Source: a virus (taxonomy: Duplodnaviria > Caudoviricetes). From it: a stretch of DNA of 31,906 nucleotides. The position numbers and the translations under genes are program-made. A model generated the notes under the pieces. The model was not told where the DNA came from. It worked only from the letters and a program-made list of their open reading frames with translations, and did not search any database. Shown piece by piece: positions 6,615 to 14,964 of the stretch. How positions within the stretch are numbered: the first letter of the stretch is position 1; every line of letters begins with the position of its first letter. The DNA lies in IMG/VR virus record IMGVR_UViG_3300048082_000027, positions 1 through 31,906 of that record; one strand, written 5' to 3'.

Positions 6615-7157
6615 ATGAAACCATTAAATTTAGATAACGTAAAAGAAGCAGAAGATTACGAGCAATTACCAGCAGGTGGATATATTGCAAAAATTACCAA
6701 TGTAGAGGATGAACCAAACAAAGAGTATTTGAAAATATACTTCGATATCGCAGAGGGTGACTTCAAAGGACACTATCAGAAAATTTGGGAAAACGCTAAT
6801 TTTTGGGCAGGAAACTTTATTCGCTCATACAAAGAAAAAGCGTTGCCGTTTTTCAAAAGCTTTACCACAGCAGTTGAAAGCTCAAACCCTAATTTCAAGT
6901 TCAATTTTGATGAAACGACATTAAAAGGGAAATTAGTAGGTATCGTATTACAAGAAGAAGAGTATCGTTCTAATGATGGCGAATTAAAAACAAAGTTAAG
7001 CGTTCAAGAAACAAGGTCAGTTGCAAGCATTAAGTCCAAAGAATTTAAAGTAAAACCAAAGAAAACTTTGAATAACACAGCTCCACAAGCTCCCGCAAAC
7101 ACAATTGATAACTCACCTCACACTTTCGAAATCAAAGAAGACGATATCCAATTTTAG
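6615..7157 (+). CDS. Putative ssDNA-binding protein (DUF669-like)
   Basis: LPAGGYIAKI N terminus; low-complexity linker and acidic aromatic tip EDDIQF; lies in the recombination module. Confidence 0.7.
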   Translation: MKPLNLDNVKEAEDYEQLPAGGYIAKITNVEDEPNKEYLKIYFDIAEGDFKGHYQKIWENANFWAGNFIRSYKEKALPFFKSFTTAVESSNPNFKFNFDETTLKGKLVGIVLQEEEYRSNDGELKTKLSVQETRSVASIKSKEFKVKPKKTLNNTAPQAPANTIDNSPHTFEIKEDDIQF

Positions 7158-7162
7158 AGATT

Positions 7163-7627
7163 ATGCAAATACAAATTGATTCGAGGGAAAAAGAGGTAGC
7201 TATAGGCAAGATTTTAAAACATTTTGATGATAATGGGGTACAACATTTTAGATCGAAATTGTATGCAGGGGACTATATGTCTCTTGCGAATCCTCATTAT
7301 GTTATTGACCGTAAACAAAATTTACAGGAGTTAATAGGCAATGTTTGTCAGCAACATAAACGCTTTAAGAACGAGATTAAACGAGCAAATGAACTTGGTA
7401 TCAAGATATGCGTTTTAATCGAACACGGAGCAGATATAGCCTGTCTAGAGGATATTAGGGGTTGGGTTAACCCCAGAATAAAAAAATCACCTAAGGCAAC
7501 TAAAGGTGAAACTCTCTACAAGATATTAAACACAATACAAAGTGTTTACGATGTGGAATTCAAATTTTGTACGAAAGGTGAAACGGGATTAAAAATTATT
7601 GAACTATTAAAAGAAAATGGGGGTTGA
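7163..7627 (+). CDS. ERCC4/XPF-domain nuclease
   Basis: IQIDSRE...LYAGDY...IDRKQNLQEL motifs. Confidence 0.8.
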   Translation: MQIQIDSREKEVAIGKILKHFDDNGVQHFRSKLYAGDYMSLANPHYVIDRKQNLQELIGNVCQQHKRFKNEIKRANELGIKICVLIEHGADIACLEDIRGWVNPRIKKSPKATKGETLYKILNTIQSVYDVEFKFCTKGETGLKIIELLKENGG

Positions 7628-7629
7628 TT

Positions 7630-8331
7630 ATGGATAAAAAAGAAAGCTTTGTATTTTATAGGAGTTTCTACGAGTCACTAACCAAAATCCCTGATAAAGA
7701 ACAAAAGTTATTATTGTTTGAAGCAATCACAGAGTACGCATTAAACCAAAAATTAATTGATTTACACGGTTACTCGGAAGTTATGTTTCCGTTAATAAAA
7801 CCGCAATTAGACGCTACAAGTAAAAGGTATCAAAAATGCGTCGAAAACGGTAAAAAAGGTGGAGCTCCTAAGGGAAACCAGAACGCAAGGAAACAGTCAA
7901 AAAACAACCCAAAACAACCTAAAAACAACCTTAATGATAATTATAATTATAATGATAATGTAAATGTAGTAGTAAAAGAGGCAACTGCAAACAACCTCTT
8001 CATGGACTTTTGGAACAACTATGGTAGGAAGGGATTCATAGAAGACACTTATAAATATTGGTTATCATTGGATGTCGATAAGGAACTAAATAACGCAATT
8101 GTCAAGGGTGCTAAAAAATATTCCGAGATTACAGAAACGGTACGGATGAAATATCCAAGAACGTTTCTTGAGAATCAAATGTGGAAAGACTATCAAGATA
8201 AAAGTGAAACCAAACCAACAATGTCAACGAATGAACAGCTACTATATTTTTACGAAATGGGATTAACTAAAGAACAGTTATTAGCAAAAGGGGCGACTGT
8301 AGAAAAATTAAATGAATTAGGGATTGAATAA
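7630..8331 (+). CDS. Replication initiator / replisome organiser (DUF6291-like N terminus)
   Basis: KESFVFYRSFY...LFEAITEYAL...NGKKGGAPKGNQNA; internal DNA repeats; directly upstream of the helicase. Confidence 0.8.
   Translation: MDKKESFVFYRSFYESLTKIPDKEQKLLLFEAITEYALNQKLIDLHGYSEVMFPLIKPQLDATSKRYQKCVENGKKGGAPKGNQNARKQSKNNPKQPKNNLNDNYNYNDNVNVVVKEATANNLFMDFWNNYGRKGFIEDTYKYWLSLDVDKELNNAIVKGAKKYSEITETVRMKYPRTFLENQMWKDYQDKSETKPTMSTNEQLLYFYEMGLTKEQLLAKGATVEKLNELGIE
7891..7968 (+). repeat. Putative origin: AAAACAACC iterons plus an AT-rich tract
   Basis: AAAACAACC three times at about 10-bp period (7901-7930), followed by AAT-rich repeats, inside the initiator gene. Confidence 0.65.
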
Positions 8332-9560
8332 TGGACCGATATGCAAGGGATAACTGGGAAAGTGAGTTGTTGGGTATATTGGTCAATTATCCCGAATTGA
8401 TTGACAAGCTGAATTTCGCAGCAGAGTATTTTAAAAATAAACATCTCGGTAAAGTATTTAATTATATGAAGTTGCACAAAGAGTTAAATCCCGAATTGTT
8501 GTTGCGAGAATTAGAAGATGACGAGATAACGTTGTTGGTTGACATATACACGAATAATATTTACGACCAAGGTGCAGAAACAATGGCTGTTGGCTATGCA
8601 AGATTAATTTTAGAAGCCTATAAAAAAGAAAGTATTGATTTATTGGAACATCAAAGAAGAGCACAGTTGATTGATACAAATACATATTTTTTAAAACTAC
8701 AAGAAGTTAATGATTTAAGCGTCGAGTCAAATGTTGAGATACTAACAGACGAAGAACTGGAGGAAATTATTTTGGATGATAAAAAAGGTATCATGATTAG
8801 TCGGTTTGAATATTTATCAAGTAATTTGAAATTGGATAGCACGGATTTAGTAACGGTAGCAGGAGTCAGCGGGTTTGGTAAGTCAGCATTTTTATTAAAT
8901 CTTTATCAGAGCTTATCACAGGATGTGACAAATGGGTTTAAATGTCAGTACTTTAATTTAGAGGTCGCTCCAAAAGTAATGATTAAGAGAATTTTGGCGA
9001 TTACTAGCAAGCGTAAAATGGATGAATTTAATAAAGATAATTTGAATGAGGGTTTTGTGATTGATGCTAAAAAAGCAATACAAAATGATTCGTTTATCAA
9101 AAGTGGTTCTATGACCATCGAGCAATTGAAAGCCATTATGCTAAATAATCTGGATAAAGATAAACAAAATGTAATTTTTATAGATCACATTGGTTTGTTG
9201 GGTACGGATGAAAAGTCATATAACAAGAATGATTTTGACAGGACGACATACTGTATCAAAGAATTACGTAAGTTGTGCCTTGACCACAATGTGCTAATGT
9301 TTGTTGCAAGTCAATTTGACAGAGAGTCAGTTAAAAGCAAAAATATTTCAATGCATTCTCTAAAATCAAGCGGAGAACTCGAAAATAGCTCCACACACGT
9401 TCTTTTGCTAAAAGAAAGTACTAAGTGTATCAGTAATAATAAAACGCTGTACGAGGAAGTTATGATTGATATAGCGAAAAATAGGAATGGTCCGATTAAT
9501 CAATTAGACTATTATACATTCCAAAAAGAAAAACAGTTTTTTAAAGAAGCTTTTAGATAA
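8331..9560 (+). CDS. DnaB-like replicative helicase
   Basis: Walker A GVSGFGKS, FNLEV, IFIDHIGLL, VASQFDR, LKSSGELE, IAKNRNG. Confidence 0.92.
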   Translation: MDRYARDNWESELLGILVNYPELIDKLNFAAEYFKNKHLGKVFNYMKLHKELNPELLLRELEDDEITLLVDIYTNNIYDQGAETMAVGYARLILEAYKKESIDLLEHQRRAQLIDTNTYFLKLQEVNDLSVESNVEILTDEELEEIILDDKKGIMISRFEYLSSNLKLDSTDLVTVAGVSGFGKSAFLLNLYQSLSQDVTNGFKCQYFNLEVAPKVMIKRILAITSKRKMDEFNKDNLNEGFVIDAKKAIQNDSFIKSGSMTIEQLKAIMLNNLDKDKQNVIFIDHIGLLGTDEKSYNKNDFDRTTYCIKELRKLCLDHNVLMFVASQFDRESVKSKNISMHSLKSSGELENSSTHVLLLKESTKCISNNKTLYEEVMIDIAKNRNGPINQLDYYTFQKEKQFFKEAFR

Positions 9561-9574
9561 AAAGGAGATTTAAT

Positions 9575-9967
9575 ATGAAAAGAGTAGAAAAATTAGTACA
9601 TGAAAATAAATTCGAATTGGACCCGTCCCAAGATACACCGTTCTTGAGCTTAAAATGTCCGAGAGATATGAATGATGAGGGAATTAGAAATTGGCTCTTA
9701 GAAGAACTGCCAGAACCAAAGGAGTTAACTGTATTGGAGTTGGAATTAGCAAAGTATTTTATAGAAAGTGGTTTTAAATGGGTCGCAAGAGATAGAGGGG
9801 ATGGACTGTATGTTACCCGTAACAAATACTTGGATGAAATAGATGATGGCGAATACATGGAATTATACGGATTCCTTGACCTATTTCCTTTTGTCCAACG
9901 GTCAGATGATGAGCCAACCAAATTACAAGATTTAATTGATAATTGTGTAGTATATGAAAATAAATAG
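9575..9967 (+). CDS. Phage hypothetical protein
   Basis: SD AAAGGAG; GFKWVARD motif recurrent in Firmicute phage proteins. Confidence 0.72.
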   Translation: MKRVEKLVHENKFELDPSQDTPFLSLKCPRDMNDEGIRNWLLEELPEPKELTVLELELAKYFIESGFKWVARDRGDGLYVTRNKYLDEIDDGEYMELYGFLDLFPFVQRSDDEPTKLQDLIDNCVVYENK

Positions 9968-10081
9968 TAAGAGTAACAAGATTGAAACAAATAAAAAAGT
10001 AGTGACGACTACTAAAAAATAAAAAAAACGAAAGGAATATAATTCTAGATAAATGGCGTGCACGTCGTAATATATAAAAAA

Positions 10082-10915
10082 ATGAAAGTATTAAGTTTAT
10101 TTGACGGTATCAGTTGCGGTCAAGTCGCATTAGAAAGAGCTGGCATTAAGTGTGATGAATACTACGCTAGTGAGATAAAAGATAAAGCCATCACAGTAAC
10201 ACAAGAAAATTACCCCGATACCATCCAACTAGGGGATGTCAACAACTGGAAAGATTGGGAACTACCAAAGGTTGATATGTTAATTGGAGGAAGTCCATGT
10301 CAGGATTTAAGTATTGCAATGAAAAATAGACAGGGTTTAAAAGGGTCAAAATCAAAATTATTTTATACATATGTGGATATTCTAAAGAGCGTAAAGCCCA
10401 AGTGGTTCTTGCTAGAAAATGTAGCTAGAATGTCACAGGAAGATAAAAAAATAATAACTGATATTTTGGGCGTTGAACCTATTCGCATCAACTCGAAATT
10501 AGTTTCAGGACAATTGCGAGATAGATTATATTGGACTAATATACCCGGAATTACACAACCGCAAGATAAAGAAATATTGTTACAGGATATATTAACAAGT
10601 GGATTCACTGACAGAACGAAATCGAGAGCGATATTAGAAAGTGAAAGTCGCCCTTTAATTGATAAAGAAAAAATGTACAGACGGTACAAAAAAACTGGTT
10701 TTACAACAATCGTTTACGAAAACAGCGTTGAAGACACGACGAATATTAGGTACTTTAACCAAACGGAATTAGAGAGATTGCAGACATTACCTGATGGATA
10801 TACTAGTTCGCTTACAAGAAACGCTGCAGCATCAGTTATCGGTGCTGGTTGGACTGTTGATGTGATAGCGCATATCTTTAGTTTCATACCTAAGGAGGAT
10901 GCCAATAATGACTGA
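10082..10915 (+). CDS. DNA (cytosine-5)-methyltransferase, orphan
   Basis: Motif I VLSLFDGI, IV GGSPCQD, VI LLENV, VIII QLRDR, IX ELERLQ, X IGAGW; no adjacent restriction nuclease recognised. Confidence 0.93.
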   Translation: MKVLSLFDGISCGQVALERAGIKCDEYYASEIKDKAITVTQENYPDTIQLGDVNNWKDWELPKVDMLIGGSPCQDLSIAMKNRQGLKGSKSKLFYTYVDILKSVKPKWFLLENVARMSQEDKKIITDILGVEPIRINSKLVSGQLRDRLYWTNIPGITQPQDKEILLQDILTSGFTDRTKSRAILESESRPLIDKEKMYRRYKKTGFTTIVYENSVEDTTNIRYFNQTELERLQTLPDGYTSSLTRNAAASVIGAGWTVDVIAHIFSFIPKEDANND

Positions 10916-11282
10916 AAAACAAATTATAAAGATTATCAAAGACTACAATAACCTTTGTAAAAATATAAACACTCTATTCAATGATGCAAGGGAAGAACAT
11001 CAAGAATGCGAAAATAAAACAATTGATTATTACCATACCTTAGAGCTAGAAAAGCTAGATTATCATCAAAGGGCTAAATTAACTACCCAACAGCAAAAGA
11101 ACTTGATCAAACGTCGTAAGTGCAAAGATTACATAGAATTCCTTACACCGCTTAAAAAGTGGTTAGGTAACGGTCAAACGACACATACAAATAATCAGTT
11201 AACGCAAGCATTACGTGAGATGGAGAGAGTTGTTAATAAGAGGGATGGTAGGAAATATCAAAAGAGGAGTAAGGAGGAATAA
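10908..11282 (+). CDS. Phage hypothetical helical protein
   Basis: SD AAGGAGG favours ATG 10908; DYYHTLEL...RRKCKD. Confidence 0.72.
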   Translation: MTEKQIIKIIKDYNNLCKNINTLFNDAREEHQECENKTIDYYHTLELEKLDYHQRAKLTTQQQKNLIKRRKCKDYIEFLTPLKKWLGNGQTTHTNNQLTQALREMERVVNKRDGRKYQKRSKEE

Positions 11283-11284
11283 TA

Positions 11285-11647
11285 ATGGAGCAAGAATTAG
11301 TATCAATAGAGATTATGAGAGATATTTTATATAATCAGTTTCTTGAAAATGGTCACATGCGTACAAGAAAGAGCGAACGAGTATTGGAACTTAACAACCA
11401 ATCGGTATTAGATAATTTCGAGATTTATATAGGTATGTTACGTATACACCTAGAAGAAGCAAATGAATTCGCTATGAAAGAAATCATGATGAATTATTGC
11501 ATTTCTAATGGGGAATTCGAACAGACAGCTAACAATTTTAAACTCTTAAATACTGAAGAAACACTAGAATCATTTAGTAACCTTATCAAAGCAATGGAAT
11601 ACTTTTTAGAAAAGGGGAAGAAGGAATACAAAAATGCAAGTAACTAG
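11285..11647 (+). CDS. Hypothetical protein
   Basis: Strong SD AAGGAGG. Confidence 0.72.
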   Translation: MEQELVSIEIMRDILYNQFLENGHMRTRKSERVLELNNQSVLDNFEIYIGMLRIHLEEANEFAMKEIMMNYCISNGEFEQTANNFKLLNTEETLESFSNLIKAMEYFLEKGKKEYKNASN

Positions 11648-12137
11648 AATGAGTAAACAAGAATTATTAAAAGAAGCTAAACCAATATCATTTAACACCG
11701 AGATGGTACGAGCAATATTGGATAACAGAAAGACGGTTACTATGAGAAAGATTAAAAACATCCCCAAAAATTATGTTTGGTTCAGGTGGGATGAAGATGA
11801 AGATGAAACTTTTGGTATAACAGATGGATGGCGAATACTAGAAAGTATACGAGTGAAACCAAAATATAAAACAGGCGACATGTTACAAGTTATCGAAGTC
11901 GTCAATGACAAGGAAATACCCCTTGAGATATTTTTGAAAGTAACAGCTGTTAAAGTAGAAAGGATGGAAGACATCACCGAGGAGGAAGCTGTCAAAGAGG
12001 GTTTTATAACAACATTTAGAGACGGTTTGTACATGACCGCCAAAGAAATGTTTTTAAAAGTGATGATGGATATATACGGTATTAACGATGGTTATGTATA
12101 TGTTTATGAGTTCGAAAGGATAGAGGTAGAAAAATGA
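11634..12137 (+). CDS. ASCH/PUA-like phage protein
   Basis: KPISFNTEMVRAILDNRKTVTMR...VKVERMEDITEEEAVKEG...VYVYEFERI. Confidence 0.72.
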   Translation: MQVTRMSKQELLKEAKPISFNTEMVRAILDNRKTVTMRKIKNIPKNYVWFRWDEDEDETFGITDGWRILESIRVKPKYKTGDMLQVIEVVNDKEIPLEIFLKVTAVKVERMEDITEEEAVKEGFITTFRDGLYMTAKEMFLKVMMDIYGINDGYVYVYEFERIEVEK

Positions 12138-12355
12138 ATAAAGACCTAGAATGTTGCCCTTATTGTGGGTGTGATGAATATTACTGGCTATACCGAATTA
12201 CTGGAGAGGGAAAATATATAGTCCGATTTGATGGCGAAGAAGCACTTGATGGTAGTCTTCACGATGGGCTACAGTACACTCGCAAAAGCAAATATGCCCA
12301 TTGTGTTAATTGCGGTGAAGAATTATTCAAAGCAGAAGGAGAACATGAAAGATGA
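12134..12355 (+). CDS. Zn-ribbon protein
   Basis: CPYC and CVNC pairs. Confidence 0.72.
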   Translation: MNKDLECCPYCGCDEYYWLYRITGEGKYIVRFDGEEALDGSLHDGLQYTRKSKYAHCVNCGEELFKAEGEHER

Positions 12356-12582
12356 AATTAAATAAAAAAGCATTATTATTTTCAGAAGCGTTAAAGGATG
12401 TTATGAACGAAGAAATTGGCGTAGACAGGCTAGAAGCAACAGAAGATTTTACAGCAATATTATTAGGAGTTAAATACCTATTCAACATCTTAACAAGCCA
12501 AGACTTAGATATTATAGATATAACACACATGTTAAACAAATTAGCAGTATTACATGTCTTGGACGAAGAGGAGGAGAAATAA
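12352..12582 (+). CDS. Hypothetical protein, tandem paralogue A
   Basis: EDFTAILL...THMLNKLAV. Confidence 0.75.
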   Translation: MKLNKKALLFSEALKDVMNEEIGVDRLEATEDFTAILLGVKYLFNILTSQDLDIIDITHMLNKLAVLHVLDEEEEK

Positions 12583-12810
12583 ATGAAAATTATAGAGAAA
12601 ACAGAATTATTTTACGATGCATTATATGAGGTTATGGCCAAAAAAATAGGAGAGGAAAACGGTGACTTTGCAGAAGATTTCACAGCGATGTTATTAAGTT
12701 TAAAAGGGTTATTTGATGCTTTAGTAGAAGACGAAACAAAAGACCTTATAGATTTTATACATATCTTAAATAAGTTAGCTGTACAGTATCTAATATCAGG
12801 GGAGAATTAA
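12583..12810 (+). CDS. Hypothetical protein, tandem paralogue B
   Basis: EDFTAMLL...IHILNKLAV; SD GAGGAG. Confidence 0.75.
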   Translation: MKIIEKTELFYDALYEVMAKKIGEENGDFAEDFTAMLLSLKGLFDALVEDETKDLIDFIHILNKLAVQYLISGEN

Positions 12811-12811
12811 C

Positions 12812-12979
12812 ATGGGAATTTGGCAAGTAATGATGATTGTGTTGTTGTCTCTAGAGTTATATAAAAATTACGCACATGACGGCGAATTAAAAGAAGAGAG
12901 TTATTATAATTTCAAGCTAACGTTAATAGCGTTATCTATACTAATGTTTATTTTAACAGCAGGTGGGTTTTTTGGATGA
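12812..12979 (+). CDS. 55-aa two-TM protein (not in the ORF track)
   Basis: MGIWQVMMIVLLSL...HDGELK...LTAGGFFG; SD GGGGAG. Confidence 0.72.
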   Translation: MGIWQVMMIVLLSLELYKNYAHDGELKEESYYNFKLTLIALSILMFILTAGGFFG

Positions 12980-12994
12980 AGGAGGACTAACAAA

Positions 12995-13426
12995 ATGAGA
13001 GAAATATTATTTAAAGCAAAAATTAGAGTTAAACCAAATAGTGTTTACTATAATGCGGAAGAAAAAGAATTTCTAGAAAGTAAATTGCATTCAGTTGATC
13101 GGATGCATTTGTTTGATGATGGTAGCGTCGCAATCGTAGCGGTCACAGGTGATAAAACTGCTATATTAGCACCTGCTAGTTTCTGCGATATCGAATTATT
13201 GCAATACACGGGTGTTAAAGATGAAAATGGTCAAAAAATATTTGAGGGGGATATTTTACAAGAACAAGAATTAGAAGATGACGAACGCGAATGCTATGCT
13301 ATTAAATTTGACTCAGGCGTATTTTATATGACTAATGATAATATTCAATACGAAATAGAGTACGCCGAGCAATTTGTTAAAATCGGCAACATACACGAAA
13401 ACCCAGAGTTATTGGAAGGAAACTAA
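12995..13426 (+). CDS. YopX-family protein
   Basis: MREILFKAK...LLQYTGVKDENGQKIFEGDIL...IGNIHENPELLE. Confidence 0.92.
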   Translation: MREILFKAKIRVKPNSVYYNAEEKEFLESKLHSVDRMHLFDDGSVAIVAVTGDKTAILAPASFCDIELLQYTGVKDENGQKIFEGDILQEQELEDDERECYAIKFDSGVFYMTNDNIQYEIEYAEQFVKIGNIHENPELLEGN

Positions 13427-13429
13427 AGA

Positions 13430-13588
13430 ATGGATATAATTGCAGTTTTGTTTGTGATAGTAACGTTTACTTTATGGTTTGGACTCATTCGTCTCACTAT
13501 TAGGGGACATACACGCTTAAATAACATTGTGATGACCATAGGCATATTACTTCAGATTATATTACTTATTTTATTGATTTGGTTTTAA
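13430..13588 (+). CDS. 52-aa two-TM protein (not in the ORF track)
   Basis: MDIIAVLFVIVTFTLWFGLI...GILLQIILLILLIWF. Confidence 0.65.
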   Translation: MDIIAVLFVIVTFTLWFGLIRLTIRGHTRLNNIVMTIGILLQIILLILLIWF

Positions 13589-13603
13589 AGGAGGAATGAC
13601 GTT

Positions 13604-13915
13604 GTGAAAAGACAACACCAAAAATTAAAATATGAGGGATTTGAAGAATATTTTGAAAGTAGCTATGAAGTAAATAACGGTTATCAATTTATATTCAAAT
13701 TCCCCAACAATTATGGCGCTAGTGTAATATCACATGATGGGAGTTATACAAGTCAAATAGAGCCATTCGAGTTAGCAATGACATACAAAGATAGTTTGTG
13801 TGTTATGACAGATTCAATTAACGGTGTGATGACACACCTTGCTAATGACGATGTGCTTGAACTATTAGACTCAATAAAAAAGATAAAAGTTTGTGATTTT
13901 GATGAGGAGGACTAA
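13604..13915 (+). CDS. Phage hypothetical protein
   Basis: FKFPNNYGASVI...FELA motif; SD AAGGAGG. Confidence 0.78.
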   Translation: MKRQHQKLKYEGFEEYFESSYEVNNGYQFIFKFPNNYGASVISHDGSYTSQIEPFELAMTYKDSLCVMTDSINGVMTHLANDDVLELLDSIKKIKVCDFDEED

Positions 13916-13917
13916 CA

Positions 13918-14025
13918 ATGTACATTAATTTATTTTGGATAGGAGTAGCAGCGACAATCATGTTTGAGATAGGGTTGGTATTTCTTGCGGTAGGTATTAG
14001 TTATGTTAAAGGAAAGGTTAAATAG
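13918..14025 (+). CDS. 35-aa single-TM peptide (not in the ORF track)
   Basis: MYINLFWIGVAATIMFEIGLVFLAVGISYVKGKVK; SD AGGAGG. Confidence 0.7.
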   Translation: MYINLFWIGVAATIMFEIGLVFLAVGISYVKGKVK

Positions 14026-14035
14026 GGTGATAAGT

Positions 14036-14173
14036 ATGCTTTGGATAGTGATAATACAAATGATTTTTACAGCATTGACGTACTTTTTCGGAAATACTCA
14101 AGGGTTAATATATATGTGTACTCTTTTGATAGTCAATGTAATATATCACAGAAGTAATAGGGAGGAACTGTAA
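14036..14173 (+). CDS. 45-aa hydrophobic peptide (not in the ORF track)
   Basis: MLWIVIIQMIFTALTYFFG...; SD GGGTGA; fills the gap between neighbours. Confidence 0.62.
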   Translation: MLWIVIIQMIFTALTYFFGNTQGLIYMCTLLIVNVIYHRSNREEL

Positions 14174-14175
14174 AG

Positions 14176-14568
14176 ATGAAATACATATTAGATGATAAAG
14201 AATATCAAAAATTGCACCAAAGTAACACGGATTTAAAAAAGCATAATAAAGTTTTAACAGAAAAAATAAAAGATTTACAAAGTCAATTGGATTTACAAGA
14301 TGAAGTAATAACAACCACAATAGGAGAAAAGTCAGCTGAAGATATGTTTAAGGAATTAAGTTATATTGAAATCTGCTATTCCCCCGAGATGATTGCATAC
14401 CAACATTCTAAAAACAAGCAGGTGTATATAGAATTCTTACTACTGTCAAAATGCATAAATATTTTTAGAAATCAAGAAACTGCTACCGCTGTTGAAGAAA
14501 TGGCATGTTATATAGGTGTTGATGAAATAAAAGCCATAAATAAACAAATACAAGAGTTGGGGTGGTAG
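14176..14568 (+). CDS. Hypothetical protein with an N-terminal coiled coil
   Basis: SD GGAGG; ends AINKQIQELGW. Confidence 0.72.
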   Translation: MKYILDDKEYQKLHQSNTDLKKHNKVLTEKIKDLQSQLDLQDEVITTTIGEKSAEDMFKELSYIEICYSPEMIAYQHSKNKQVYIEFLLLSKCINIFRNQETATAVEEMACYIGVDEIKAINKQIQELGW

Positions 14569-14570
14569 TG

Positions 14571-14759
14571 ATGAAAAATAAAATATTAGCAACATTTTGG
14601 ACATTGATCATTACGCTAGACATAGTTGGATTCATATTGTTGGCAGTGTATGGCTTTAATGTATGGATAGCCATGGCAGTATGTGGGTGCAATATGTGTG
14701 TGTTATGGTATTGTCTGTACGATTCATTAGAGGAGGACAAAAGAAATGCAAAAAGATAA
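14571..14759 (+). CDS. Two-TM membrane protein
   Basis: Two hydrophobic segments and a charged tail; start uncertain (14562-14571). Confidence 0.65.
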   Translation: MKNKILATFWTLIITLDIVGFILLAVYGFNVWIAMAVCGCNMCVLWYCLYDSLEEDKRNAKR

Positions 14760-14964
14760 ACTTCAACAATGCCCATTTTGTGGGTGCAAAGTACATAATA
14801 GATTTGCCGTCAAAGGCATGTTCACAGTTATATGCAGTGGTGACGATTGCGGAGCAGTGGTATCATTCTTGGACACACATAAAAAGTCAGCTGTAGCTAG
14901 TAAATATAACAAAAGATATACGGGCGAAGAACCATCGTTTAAGAGGTCAATTAATGATGAGTAG
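14746..14964 (+). CDS. Lar-like (restriction alleviation family) Zn-finger protein
   Basis: LQQCPFCG...VICSGDDCGA...KYNKR. Confidence 0.68.
   Translation: MQKDKLQQCPFCGCKVHNRFAVKGMFTVICSGDDCGAVVSFLDTHKKSAVASKYNKRYTGEEPSFKRSINDE

Noticed and set aside
10028-10075. Resemblance to an SMK (SAM-III) riboswitch (CGAAAGG...AGAT...GTAA)
   Set aside because: Lacks the CCC/GGG closing stem and a proximal SD; kept only as an unclassified structured leader.
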